Below are positions 1 through 9,945 of a stretch of DNA of 64,000 bases, in pieces. Origin of the DNA: Nitrososphaerales archaeon (GTDB taxonomy: Archaea; Thermoproteota; Nitrososphaeria; Nitrososphaerales; UBA213); assembly GCA_965197925.1 (NCBI GenBank), contig CBDAOC010000018.1, positions 96,001 through 160,000 on the forward strand, given 5' to 3'. Under the pieces are notes generated by a model that worked only from the letters and a program-made list of their open reading frames with translations, ran no database searches and was not told where the DNA came from. How positions within the stretch are numbered: position 1 is the stretch's first letter; each line of letters begins with the position of its first letter. Position numbers and translations under genes: made by a program.

Positions 1-99
1 ACAGAACAAGAACCAGGTATGAAAGAACGGCAGAAAACTACCTGGCATTTGTTAATCTTGCATCATTTTTGATGTATTGTAGGGTTTTGAGATGAGTTG
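1..99 (+). mobile_element. 3' end of an IS5-family element, cut by the window edge
   Basis: Frame from nt 3 reads RTRTRYERTAENYLAFVNLASFLMYCRVLR* (stop 93-95) and ends in the TIR gttttgagatgagttg. It is near-identical to the reverse complement of about 4119-4217. Confidence 0.9.
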
Positions 100-211
100 A
101 CCGGTTTATTTCTGACCTAAATATTCTTGACAAACAAGTCACACCGGTGGCACTCACAATAGAGTTCAAGTCCTTCACATACTTACACAATCTATGCAAG
201 GTGTTAAAGAA

Positions 212-828
212 CTAGGTTTTTCTAGAGAATACGAGGTAAAGACTAGCAGGATCTTCCACGTCTTCCATAATCTCATCAATGTTGAAACCCCGCATTAAAC
301 CCATCATGTCTTTTTTACTGAATAATCTGATCTCAAAACCATTTACATCATAAACTCCACCAGAAACTTGTCTTCCCTTACCATAGAACTTGTCCTTATC
401 ACTTCTAACAGAAAAGAAATGTAACCCTCCAAGTTTTAGAACTCTCTTCACCTCATTAAACAATAATACCAACTCTTCATGTGTGAAATTCATGCTGAAA
501 AACATATGTGAATAAACAGCCTCGAATTCTTGGTCTTGGTAAGGAAGCCCGGTTTTGGCGTTATGCACCATTGCACTTATGGGAAGTGTATGTACTTTGG
601 CCTGTTTAACAACGGCATTTATTGCAACTTCAGAGTAATCGAATGTCTTAACATCGATTCCATTTGAGGCAAAAAAATGCCATCTCTTCCTTGACCACAT
701 CCAAATTCTAGAAGTCCCTTAATATCATTTCTTTTCATACGCTGGTAGCATAATAATGCAAAGCGACTTGGTTCTTCGCCAAAAAAGGAAGAATCCTTGT
801 CATATACTTTGTTCCAGACTTTCTTCAT
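212..828 (-). pseudogene. Class I SAM-dependent methyltransferase, split by a 1-nt frameshift
   Basis: ORF 619-828 carries motif I (LEFGCGQGRD) and ORF 212-700 carries the remainder (FEAVYSH...LKLGG). The break is at an A7 run at 671-677. Confidence 0.8.
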
Positions 829-1192
829 TTAAGATATGTATACATCCTCTTAATTTTTAGATTTTGTTCTGCTAAAACAGGTATTAACATATTTCACATG
901 CCCAAGAAGCGCAATCATATTCAAATGAATTAGAAGAAGCAAAATTACTGGAGTAGAAGGGATTTGGTAATGTAACTAGAGGTTATAGAAAAACGATATT
1001 TAAGAAATGAAGTTTCCCAATTGAACATATTCGATATCTACTAGACTAGCCAAAAAGGTTTAGGTTATGTAGCAAAAAACGGTCCATGATGTTGAAGTGA
1101 TGTGATACTATTGTCACACTTAAAATAGATTCTAGCCCATCGCCGAATAGATTTACATTCGTAAGATTAGGCAGAGCCAGACGCTTATTATT

Positions 1193-2824
1193 CTAGGTTT
1201 TAGCATAGTTAGGATGAAGCCGTATAGCAATATTATAACATCTGATAGCTTGTTCATGATTGCCTAAATTATCTAGTGATATACTTTTGTTATACCAGGC
1301 TTTAACATAGTTAGGATGAAGAAGTATAGCTTTATCATAACACTCGATAGCTAGATGATGATTACCTAAATTATTCAGAGATATACCTTTGCCATTCCAT
1401 GCTTTAGCATCATTAGGATTAAGCCGTATAGCTTTATCATAACACTCGATAGCTTGCTGATGATTACCTAAATTGGTTAGGACAAAAGCTTTGTTATACC
1501 ATGCTTTGGCATCATTAGGATTAAGCCGTATAGCTTTATCATAACATTTGACAACTTCCTGAAATTTACCTAAATTATATAAAGTAATACACTTGTTGTT
1601 CCAAGCATCAATATAATTGGGATTAAGCCGTATAGCTTTATCATAACACTCGATAGCTTGCTGATATTTACGTAAATTATCTAGAGATATACCTTTGTTA
1701 TTCCATGCTTTAGCATCATTAGGATTAAGCCGTATAGCTTTATCATAACACTCGATAGCTTGCTGATATTTACGTAAATTATCTAGAGATATACCTTTGT
1801 TATTCCATGCTTTACCATGATTAGGGTCTATATCTAGTACCTTATCATAATACGTGATAGCTTCCTCATATCTGCCTAAACTAGCAAGAGCTAAGCCTTT
1901 GTTATACAATGCGTGAGTATACTTCGGATCTATATCTAGTACCTTATCATAATACGTGATAGCTTCCTCATATCTGCCTAACTTATCAAGAGCTAAGCCT
2001 TTGTTATACAATGCATAAGCACGCCTAGGATCTTGTTCAGGAATGCGATCGTAATGTTCAATGGCTTTTTCATAATTATTTGAATAATAGAAGAAGTTTC
2101 CTAGTCTTAGAATATAATCACTATCTAGCGATACTTTTTCACGTAGTCTTTCTAGTTCTAATCTTAATTCTGCAATCTGTTTATCGCGTTTACCAATCTC
2201 AAGTTGCATTTCTTTTGGTACTTCTATTTTTTCTTCTTCCCTCAGCTCAATTATAATTCCCAACTTATCGAAATCTTGATTTTGGACTTGTTTATGTTCT
2301 ATTAGTTTTTGCAAAATTACATTTGCTTTCTGATTAATTTCTTCCACATCTTGTTGAGTTTCCCCAGCTGTTTTCTTAATTTGGTCAACCGTACCCTTTA
2401 TTTGGATAACTTCATCCATTAGTTCATATAATTTCTTATTAGTATCGTCACCAGTACTTATTAGAATATCTCGAATTGTTTTGACCATGGTTTCTTTAGC
2501 CACAATCTTCTTGACATCATCAATTTCCACTAGAATGCTGTCCAATTGTATGGTGATTTGATTATAGTGCTGCTCACCTTGTCCCTCAAGATTATTGAAA
2601 TAATCTAATACCTCCTTGGTCTTATCCTCTCCAGAACCCTCACAACTGTTATAAATATAGTCTGCTATAATGTTAAAAGGAGGAAAGAATAAGGGAATCG
2701 CTATTCTCTTTATGGCATTGTCTAACTTAGCATAATCATTTTTAAATTCTTTAATCTTAGTTCCCGCGTCTTGTTTGAAATCATTCAGTGCTTTTGTAAA
2801 TGCATTAAATGATGGAAATCTCAT
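1193..2824 (-). CDS. Coiled-coil N-terminus plus tetratricopeptide-repeat (TPR) protein
   Basis: About nine 34-aa TPRs (AWNNKGISLDNL...AIECYDKAIRLNP) follow an E/K/Q-rich helical region. Confidence 0.92.
   Translation of the reverse strand: MRFPSFNAFTKALNDFKQDAGTKIKEFKNDYAKLDNAIKRIAIPLFFPPFNIIADYIYNSCEGSGEDKTKEVLDYFNNLEGQGEQHYNQITIQLDSILVEIDDVKKIVAKETMVKTIRDILISTGDDTNKKLYELMDEVIQIKGTVDQIKKTAGETQQDVEEINQKANVILQKLIEHKQVQNQDFDKLGIIIELREEEKIEVPKEMQLEIGKRDKQIAELRLELERLREKVSLDSDYILRLGNFFYYSNNYEKAIEHYDRIPEQDPRRAYALYNKGLALDKLGRYEEAITYYDKVLDIDPKYTHALYNKGLALASLGRYEEAITYYDKVLDIDPNHGKAWNNKGISLDNLRKYQQAIECYDKAIRLNPNDAKAWNNKGISLDNLRKYQQAIECYDKAIRLNPNYIDAWNNKCITLYNLGKFQEVVKCYDKAIRLNPNDAKAWYNKAFVLTNLGNHQQAIECYDKAIRLNPNDAKAWNGKGISLNNLGNHHLAIECYDKAILLHPNYVKAWYNKSISLDNLGNHEQAIRCYNIAIRLHPNYAKT
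1200..2015. repeat. 102-bp tandem repeats encoding the TPR units
   Basis: Near-identical nucleotide units start near 1620 and 1722 and near 1828 and 1930. There are two unit classes. Confidence 0.85.
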
Positions 2825-2903
2825 CTACATTTCATAAAATTATATCTTAACGGATAAAGTTTATGGGATTACCTTCCTCAGCCCTCAAAGAATCCAATAC
2901 GGT

Positions 2904-3221
2904 TTGAGACCATTTATGAAGCGGTCTATAAGAAAATTAATGGCTGCAATGGAACATGGAATTATAGGAACATTCAATGTGATGCCTATCGATGAGCTGA
3001 AAAAACAACTCTCAAATTGGGTTGAAAAGATGAATACTCTCAACGAAGAAAGCATAGCGGTATTAGGACCTAAGAGAGCATTCAGAGATAAATCTGTAAG
3101 TTCAAACCTTGAGAATAATGTTGGATCTAGATTGCCTGACAATATCCGCCAAGAAATTTCAAAATTCCAAGGAATTGATGAAGATGAAATGAAAAAGGCA
3201 ATTGATATCATGAAAGAATAA
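2904..3221 (+). CDS. Hypothetical protein, possibly a fragment
   Basis: 105-aa charged ORF with no recognised motif. Confidence 0.4.
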   Translation: MRPFMKRSIRKLMAAMEHGIIGTFNVMPIDELKKQLSNWVEKMNTLNEESIAVLGPKRAFRDKSVSSNLENNVGSRLPDNIRQEISKFQGIDEDEMKKAIDIMKE

Positions 3222-3363
3222 AAATGTGACTACGGGAATTTCATGGCTTTTATCGAGAAATCAAAAAAATAGACAGGAATGTCTGAACTGAAAAATATGG
3301 TTGTAGGGGTTGTCTAGCCACCACAATGGCTTACTGCCTTAATATTATTCGTCTAGAGGTGTC

Positions 3364-3398
3364 TGAACCCACTGTGGGTTCAAATCCCACCGAGCCCG
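3364..3398 (+). other. tRNA 3'-half fragment, att-like site
   Basis: GTGGG-TTCAAAT-CCCAC (T arm) plus CGAGCCC-G (acceptor 3' strand and discriminator) at 3374-3398, with no 5' half upstream. It overlaps a 19-bp palindrome tgaacccac-t-gtgggttca (3364-3382). Confidence 0.7.
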
Positions 3399-3614
3399 CT
3401 AACTTATTTTTAGGAACAAATTCAAGTAGCTCAGCTATATGAGTAGCCAGTTTCCAATTATCTACTCCGGAAGGAATATGTCCAATAGTCTATTCACACC
3501 TATTAGAAAGGTATTCTCGGTATCTCCCTTCTAGCTTATGAATGTCAGATTCTAGAATGGAATTAGATGAACCTGATAATTTTATTAGAGTGTTTGCTTC
3601 GTTCACATACTTGT

Positions 3615-3686
3615 GCGGGATTGGTCTAGCGGTTAGGATATTGGCTTCCCAAGCCAATTGCGCGGGTTCGAATCCCGCATCCCGCA
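3615..3686 (+). tRNA. tRNA-Gly (anticodon CCC), intronless, CCA not encoded
   Basis: Acceptor stem GCGGGAT/ATCCCGC, anticodon arm TTGGC-TTCCCAA-GCCAA, T arm GCGGG-TTCGAAT-CCCGC. An AT-rich TATA-like box lies about 30 nt upstream. Confidence 0.96.
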
Positions 3687-3874
3687 TACACTGAACGTAT
3701 ATTATACACGGAACAAAAAGGGAAGATCAAATGGTATTGTTTTATTATTCTCTCAAGCAAGTTAACCATAGAAAATACAACTTTAGACACCCTCGTCAAA
3801 CTTGTCACATGAACAACCTTGTAGCGTCAAGAAAGATGAAGAACGTAGGCCTAGGATATACTGAGCGCCACTAG

Positions 3875-4032
3875 CCTATACTATATAGGGGAGGGAAATT
3901 TTCATTTGACGGATTTGGTGACGCTGATGGTGAGTTTGATGACCATTTGACGACCGATTTGACGATAATGAGCTTGTAACAATATCACACTTTTAATATT
4001 GATGAGCTTGTAACAGCGATGCAATTGTAACA
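3875..4032. repeat. Iteron-like cluster of short direct repeats
   Basis: Hairpin cctata-cta-tatagg (3875-3889). atttgacg-like motifs at about 3904, 3913, 3934, 3945 and 3957. atgagcttgtaaca at 3968 and 4002, ttgtaaca at 4025. Confidence 0.6.
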
Positions 4033-4118
4033 ACAAAAGTCTTCTAATATAACCGGTTCAAACCGGTAAATATGGGAATAAAAATTCCAGACGATGTTAA
4101 GGAAGAGATAGTAAGGTT

Positions 4119-4994
4119 CAACTCATCTCAAAACCCTACAATACATCAAAAATGATGCAGGATTAACAAATGCCAGGTAGTTTTCTGCCGTTCTTTCATA
4201 CCTGGTTCTTGTTCTGTGAAATCCATTCTTGAGCCATGCAAGGAATCTCTCAACTACAAATCTTGTCTTGCTGTAATGTTTGCAATCATTATTTTGCAAG
4301 ATGAACTTGGGATTTATTTTGTATGGGATGCAACATGCAATATTTCTATCCCACAAATACATTCTGATGTATTTTGCATCATTTTGTCTGCATAAACTGA
4401 TTCTATCTGTTGTATTGAATCATCATCAAGATAGTCTGAAATTGATCCTGTAACATCCATGCATTTTGTACTGTCATGTTCATTTGCTGGACTCAACAGT
4501 ATGGATATTGGAAATCCGTTACTCTCTACTGCGGCATGTATTTTTGTACCTGTTATTCTCTTGAATCCATTATATCCAGTTACATTGCCCCTTTTTTTTA
4601 TCAGGAATGGATGAAGAGTCAACTGATATTTTTTGTAGATTAATTTTGCCAGATTTATGTGCTGAGTGAATAGTACGTGATAGAATATTTTTCCAGATTC
4701 CTTTTTGTTGCCATTTGTTTAACCTTCTGTTTGCAGTAGAATCATCACCATATCTTTTTGGCATATCGTCCCATCGGCATCCAGTAGTTAGAACATGGAT
4801 TATTCCGTTAATGATTTTTCTATCATCATCCCTAGGCCTGCCAGTTTTTGCATGTGGTGGTATGTGTGATTCCATCATACTCCACTGTTTGTCTGATAAT
4901 TCTTGGAATTTCATAAAATAATTTTAGATGTCGCTATTCATGGATCTAAATGGTCGCTAAAAATTGTCTAAATGGTTAGTTTTGAGATGAGTTG
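4119..4994 (-). mobile_element. IS5-family element (two-ORF, frameshift type) with an inactivated transposase
   Basis: 16-bp perfect TIR caactcatctcaaaac. OrfA 4570-4914 (GRPR...TGCRW) and an A8G slippery site near 4590-4599. OrfB is broken at ADK(GY)D near 4381. No matching TSD (gtt versus att). Confidence 0.9.
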
Positions 4995-5215
4995 ATTATA
5001 CGTAAGGACTGGATGTCAGTGGAAGAAGATACTAAAAGAATAACCACAGACTCTACATGTTAAAGGTTCAGGATTCGGTTCAGAAAGTATTCCATAAGCC
5101 GTGGAAGAAGTTGCTTGAAAAAAATGGAGACGAACGGAATTGGATGGAACTAGCAGTCATTGTATAGCCTTACAGTCAGAGCATCGTTAGAGGAGAAACC
5201 ATGGACAGAATTACC
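4995..5215 (+). pseudogene. Degenerate IS5 orfA relic (type of the 53463-54514 element)
   Basis: Translates LYVRTGCQWKKI...GIGWN*QSL, matching LYVLRTGCQWKKV...GIGWDWQSM of ORF 54037-54435. Confidence 0.7.
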
Positions 5216-5475
5216 CTTTTCCTAACCTCATTTGAGGCCAAGTTTCCTTATATCTTGGCTTCAGATGATTTTTGCTCTATTTCCACCATTGCTACACTAC
5301 TTCACAAATCTGGTTGATACTGGGTTAATCCAATTTGTAGCCATCTAATAATCTATTAAAGAGCTAGTAACAAATAGTAACAATTATTCTTCTACAATTG
5401 CTTAATTCGCATAGAGAGTGTTATAGGATGTGGGGTTACACTAGTTGCAAAGCAAGATTGGATAGAATCTAAGGT

Positions 5476-5697
5476 TTAATCTTGTTTCCTTGCTTCTTCT
5501 AGGGCTTCCTTTTGTTTGATATCAGATGGTGAAATGTGCTTGGAAACGTATGTTCTTGCAGCTGGTCCTAGTTCCTTCAATGTCTCCAAAGCTTTCTGGC
5601 AGTCGGTGCCTGGTTCCGGTTGAAACTCCCAACCTTTAGGTGTAACAACAAACTTTCCAATACATTCTTTCTTCTCCTCGTTACTTTCCTGACTCAT
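5476..5697 (-). CDS. Small hypothetical protein
   Basis: 73 aa, overlapping the upstream ORF in an operon-like arrangement. Confidence 0.55.
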   Translation of the reverse strand: MSQESNEEKKECIGKFVVTPKGWEFQPEPGTDCQKALETLKELGPAARTYVSKHISPSDIKQKEALEEARKQD

Positions 5698-5986
5698 TAT
5701 TCTCCACCATAGCGTTCACAGCTGAGTATTCATCATTTAATCTTTCGATAATATTCTTTAGTTCTTCTAATGGGTCATCAAATTCAGTTTCATTTTCTAA
5801 GCCTAGCTGTTCTTTAACGGATTGAGTAATTTGTCTAACAGACTCAAGGATTTCTTCCTTGGATGCATTTTGTGCATTCAACTCTTCATTTAGTTCATGA
5901 ATGGTTTCATCTTTCTCTTCTGTAATTGCAGATAAAGATGCCTTTTCCTCGGAATGGGAAGAATTTAGACCTAGAAGCGCTTCCAC
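5681..5986 (-). CDS. Acidic coiled-coil hypothetical protein, probably the frameshifted C-terminus of 5907-6221
   Basis: E-rich helical sequence overlapping the preceding ORF out of frame. Confidence 0.5.
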   Translation of the reverse strand: MEALLGLNSSHSEEKASLSAITEEKDETIHELNEELNAQNASKEEILESVRQITQSVKEQLGLENETEFDDPLEELKNIIERLNDEYSAVNAMVENNESGK

Positions 5987-6221
5987 CCGATTTACTCATT
6001 AAACCATTCTTGATTAACATAGATATCAGCTGCAGTAGTCTTTCCTTGATTACATTGGTAGTATCGGATTGTAGAATGCTATGTTTACCAGTAGTTTTGA
6101 ATCCCTTTCTCCTTCCCAAACCTATGACATCCTGTGCATAGATATCATGGTCAAATGAACATGGATCGAAATTTCTAAGACTACTGTTTTTCCCGCACAA
6201 GGGGCATAAAAGGAAACTCAT
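5907..6221 (-). CDS. Hypothetical protein with an N-terminal CPxCG motif
   Basis: Begins MSFLLCPLCGK, preceded by an SD-like gaggta. Confidence 0.55.
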   Translation of the reverse strand: MSFLLCPLCGKNSSLRNFDPCSFDHDIYAQDVIGLGRRKGFKTTGKHSILQSDTTNVIKERLLQLISMLIKNGLMSKSGGSASRSKFFPFRGKGIFICNYRRER

Positions 6222-6285
6222 TACCTCTTTATCTAATTCATACTATTTGATCTTATCGGTGTTCTGTTTTATTACTTTACTTAGT

Positions 6286-7381
6286 TAATTGAGGCTTGGG
6301 CATAATTAAGCCGGTCGAATCGATAAGATCAGGTTTCAATTTTCATTGGTAATATGTTTAGCTCAGACTCCATACTTCTTCGTATATTATTTTTGATTGA
6401 CGTGATTCGGCCAAAACCTCTTAGGAAAAGGGGTAGACCATTCTACTATTCTCCTACAGTAATGATGAGATGCTTCATCGTTAGAGTATGGATAAGAATA
6501 CCAGGCAACAATGTGTTACATCAATATTTTTCGATAGACATGCCATACAACAGGAAGGTAATGAAGGCATGTGGTCTTGATAAGTTGCCAGACAGAAGAA
6601 CATTCGACAGAAGGTTCAAGGCCATATCAATTGACATAAGATCAAGGATAGATGTTATGGGTATGCTCTTCATAAAAGATGGGTTGGTAGACTCATCCAT
6701 AGTATCCGTTGACAGTTCCTTGTTGAAAGCAAAGGGACATGTATGGCATAGATCAAACATGAAGAAGAATGAAGTGCCACGCTCCGGTATAGATACAGAT
6801 GCTCGATGGGGCTACAGCAGAACCAAGGGATGGATATTCGGATACAAGATGCATCTAGCATGTAGCACAGGTTCATTGATAGTTCCATTATCAGCTGATT
6901 TCACAACAGCTAACATTACTGATAACAAGATGTATGAAAGCATAACATCTTCATTGCCTACAGGAATGGTAAGGTATGTTGTAGGAGATGAAGGATATGA
7001 TGATCACAAGTTATGTGATTTCAGCAGGTATAGAGGGCATCCAGTATTCCCATTGGAAAGGTATAGGCATACTACAGATAATAATAGACTGGCATTGCTG
7101 CAGTTCTATCAATCTGAATTTGGGCAGCATGTATATTCTCGGAAGAGCATAAGCGTTGAACCATTGATAGAGCATATGAAAGATGTATTTACCATAGACC
7201 CATTACCAGTTAGAGGATTTGATAAGGTAAGGAGTATAGTGTTGTTATCAGTATTGTTGTATCAAGTAATGGTTTACTACTTGACAGGAAGGCCTCTCAG
7301 GGCATTGAAGTATATGTTGGGAAGCTAATAGTAATAATTTCAAAATAATATTATAATTGAATTATGCCCAAGTCTCAATTA
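6286..7381 (+). mobile_element. IS element copy 1 (DDE_Tnp_1 transposase, IS982/IS4-like)
   Basis: Ends taattgaggcttgggcataatt and aattatgcccaagtctcaatta. One of three related copies in the window. Confidence 0.9.
6354..7328 (+). CDS. DDE transposase
   Basis: Motifs VDSS, DTDARWG, GYKMH, GDEGYD and RxxISVE. Confidence 0.9.
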   Translation: MFSSDSILLRILFLIDVIRPKPLRKRGRPFYYSPTVMMRCFIVRVWIRIPGNNVLHQYFSIDMPYNRKVMKACGLDKLPDRRTFDRRFKAISIDIRSRIDVMGMLFIKDGLVDSSIVSVDSSLLKAKGHVWHRSNMKKNEVPRSGIDTDARWGYSRTKGWIFGYKMHLACSTGSLIVPLSADFTTANITDNKMYESITSSLPTGMVRYVVGDEGYDDHKLCDFSRYRGHPVFPLERYRHTTDNNRLALLQFYQSEFGQHVYSRKSISVEPLIEHMKDVFTIDPLPVRGFDKVRSIVLLSVLLYQVMVYYLTGRPLRALKYMLGS

Positions 7382-7460
7382 ATTATTATGTTAGAAAATT
7401 CGGTTGCTTTTTGATTGGTGAATATGCTAAACAAGAAGGTTATATCAACATAAAAGATGT

Positions 7461-8069
7461 TTGTACTCTAGACAGCGAGGCAAACAAATGAACGAAATAA
7501 GTTCTATAGAAAAGCAATTCATTGAAGAAAATGGAAAACTAGACACAACTAGACAAAAATTTACAAAGAAGATAGGTTGTCCATACACCAAGCAAGAAAG
7601 GCAGAAGCGTCTAGATGAGGTGTATAAACTGTATTTCATGTTCGGTTACCCAGCGAAAAAAATAGCAGAATTAATGAAAGTTAATAGACATGCCATAGAG
7701 AGTGATATCAAATTAATATACAAGAAACTTGGCGAGCAGATCTTCACGCCTGACTCTAATGGTTGGATAACAAGGCAGTTTGAAAGGTTAGAATTTCAAC
7801 GAAGTAGACTTTTGGAATCGTTGTACAGTGAAGATTACCTAGATCGGAAATTGTCCATTGAACGATTGATCTTAGAAATAGATAACAGAATTATGCATTA
7901 TACAATGAATGCGTTCAACAATGAAATTGTGATTTGGTCTAGAGTATCAAAGATGTTAAATGATTTTGCTGGGCGGAAAAAGCTAGGAACGAGATGGTAT
8001 TCACCCTTTGAATTGATAGAAATTACCGCTAAGCAACAGGAACGGATAGACAAAATTTTAAAAGAGTAA
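7461..8069 (+). CDS. Helix-turn-helix-containing hypothetical protein
   Basis: GYPAKKIAELMKVNRHAIESDIK is an HTH-like segment, followed by a helical region. Confidence 0.65.
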   Translation: MYSRQRGKQMNEISSIEKQFIEENGKLDTTRQKFTKKIGCPYTKQERQKRLDEVYKLYFMFGYPAKKIAELMKVNRHAIESDIKLIYKKLGEQIFTPDSNGWITRQFERLEFQRSRLLESLYSEDYLDRKLSIERLILEIDNRIMHYTMNAFNNEIVIWSRVSKMLNDFAGRKKLGTRWYSPFELIEITAKQQERIDKILKE

Positions 8070-8229
8070 TGATACATTATTAGTTATAGTAACCGTTTCT
8101 TTCAAGAATAGCTACACCTTTCGCCTGTCTTTGGGTTCAATAGATTCACTATCTTGTGGCGAACTGATTTGGGGGGCTTGAGTTATCAGGTCAAACCATC
8201 AATAGGCGGGTGTAGTGAATCCCTATTGG

Positions 8230-8793
8230 TTATGGCATCGTTTCTACAAACTCATCGCAATAGTCAAGATCTTCCTCAATAACTTCTTCACCATCTAGGA
8301 ATGCGTTAAATATTATGCTACAAGCTCTTGAAGTTTCTTGATTATTCATGCCTTGAGCATCAATTGGAAAGTGACCATTTGAATCCCTGAAAGTATTTGG
8401 TTCTAGACCCCAAGCTGCTAATCGTTCTTCTTCTTGTTCAGTTCCTATCTCTCTACCTGTATATTCTACAAATTCACTACAATAATTATAATCCCGATCT
8501 ATTGCCTCTTTACCTTCTATCATATCATCGAACAATATTCCACATGCTTGAATAGTTTCATCATTCGTTCTATCTTTGACTTCATCTGGATAATAACCAG
8601 TGGAATCTACGAATGTAGTAATAGAATCAGCCCATGCCACGATTTCTTCATTGGTTGGCTGAGTTTGATCTTTATCAGGTGCCTGTGTTTGAATTGTATC
8701 TGGTTGCTGAGTTTCACCCCACATTCCCACAATCCCCACAATCGCTATTATTATACCTACGAATGTTATGCCTATTCTAACGCTTTTTTTCAA
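8230..8793 (-). CDS. Membrane-anchored acidic protein with two internal Cys-containing repeats
   Basis: N-terminal TM helix, then the repeats TFVDSTGYYP...AC...YCSEFVE and TFRDSNGHFP...AC...YCDEFVE. Confidence 0.75.
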   Translation of the reverse strand: MKKSVRIGITFVGIIIAIVGIVGMWGETQQPDTIQTQAPDKDQTQPTNEEIVAWADSITTFVDSTGYYPDEVKDRTNDETIQACGILFDDMIEGKEAIDRDYNYCSEFVEYTGREIGTEQEEERLAAWGLEPNTFRDSNGHFPIDAQGMNNQETSRACSIIFNAFLDGEEVIEEDLDYCDEFVETMP

Positions 8794-8796
8794 ACT

Positions 8797-9945
8797 TTAT
8801 TGCCACTCCTTCATACCCAATATCTCACTCTTCGCCACGCTTGCTAATTCCTCTCCCTCCTCACCTAGCAGAGTAACACCTTCAGTCTTTGGATTTTTTA
8901 TGAATTCCTTCATTACTGTTTGCATCAAGGAAATTGTTAGATTGGTTTTTTGTTGCTCTAATTTCAAGTGCTCGATAGTCTTTTCTTGGTCTGAGTATCT
9001 ATCGGTTAGTTCCTTTCTAACAGTATCAGCATTGAATATCGTGAGTTCTGGTTCTAATTCCCTATACATCTCTTTCTTTTCTTCTATTGTGTAATTGGAG
9101 TATTGGGTAGTTCTATCGCCTTTTAACTCTCTAGCGAAATCTGTATCGAATTTTTTAGATGCCCTAGTGAAGGCAAAGTCTTTGAAAGAGTATAAGGATA
9201 TCTTATATCTGTTAGGAGTGCTTCTTTTCTTATATTCAAATCAGGGATTCGTTTCATATAAAACCGCATCATCTTTGCGTATCCCATAGCCTGCTACTTT
9301 TGGGGTTGTTTTACGTGGGAATACATATTCATCAGGCATCCTAGAGCGTCTACCTAGATATTGTAACAACATATTTTTGCATTTCTGGGTAAGAAAGGAT
9401 AGGTTTTGTGTCTTGTTTTTGCTTGCAAAAGCAGGGATATTGACCATGGTAGGATAGCTATTGAAATCAATATCTGCTACTCTTAACTGCAATATTTCAT
9501 GAGGTCTGCGTAATGTCGAGATCATCATTAGAGAGAATACCTTATGCTTCATAGGTAATGTGTTGAGGATCTTTGCTACAGTTTCATGGTCTAAAGGTAA
9601 TCTCTTTTCTCGTTGTAGTTTGGGTAACTTTATCCTAACTCTAGACTTGTATGGATTGATCTCGACATCATTATAGATTAGATATTGCCTAGCGTATGTG
9701 AAGTTCAACCGAATACTAGAAGATTTTAGATTCTCATTATCCATATATGTTACAAAGTCGTTTAATACATTGTAGGGATTCAGCAAATTTTTCTTTACTG
9801 CTATTGTAGTTTCTAGTAGGTCTTTATTCTATCGTACTTTGCAGAATTTATCGAATTTCTTTAAAGCATTTGTGGCAACATCCTTCGAGTATAAAGAATG
9901 AGAACTCATGTAAATTAATGCAATGAAATCCTCTACTAATTCCAT
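8797..9945 (-). pseudogene. Tyrosine recombinase/integrase (XerC-like), fragmented
   Basis: Pieces: N-terminal MELVEDFI... (from 9945), SAM-like and box I region STLRRPHEILQLRVADIDF (9241-9786), an in-frame TGA, then YSFKDF...KGD...QY...MYRELEPELTIF running into ORF 8797-9069. Confidence 0.8.

Noticed and set aside
3490..3808. ORFs 3490-3687 and 3626-3808
   Set aside because: These are antisense shadows of tRNA-Gly.
100..4118. Composite transposon between the inverted IS5 copies
   Set aside because: The interval contains a chromosomal tRNA, the outer TSD cannot be seen, and one transposase is broken.
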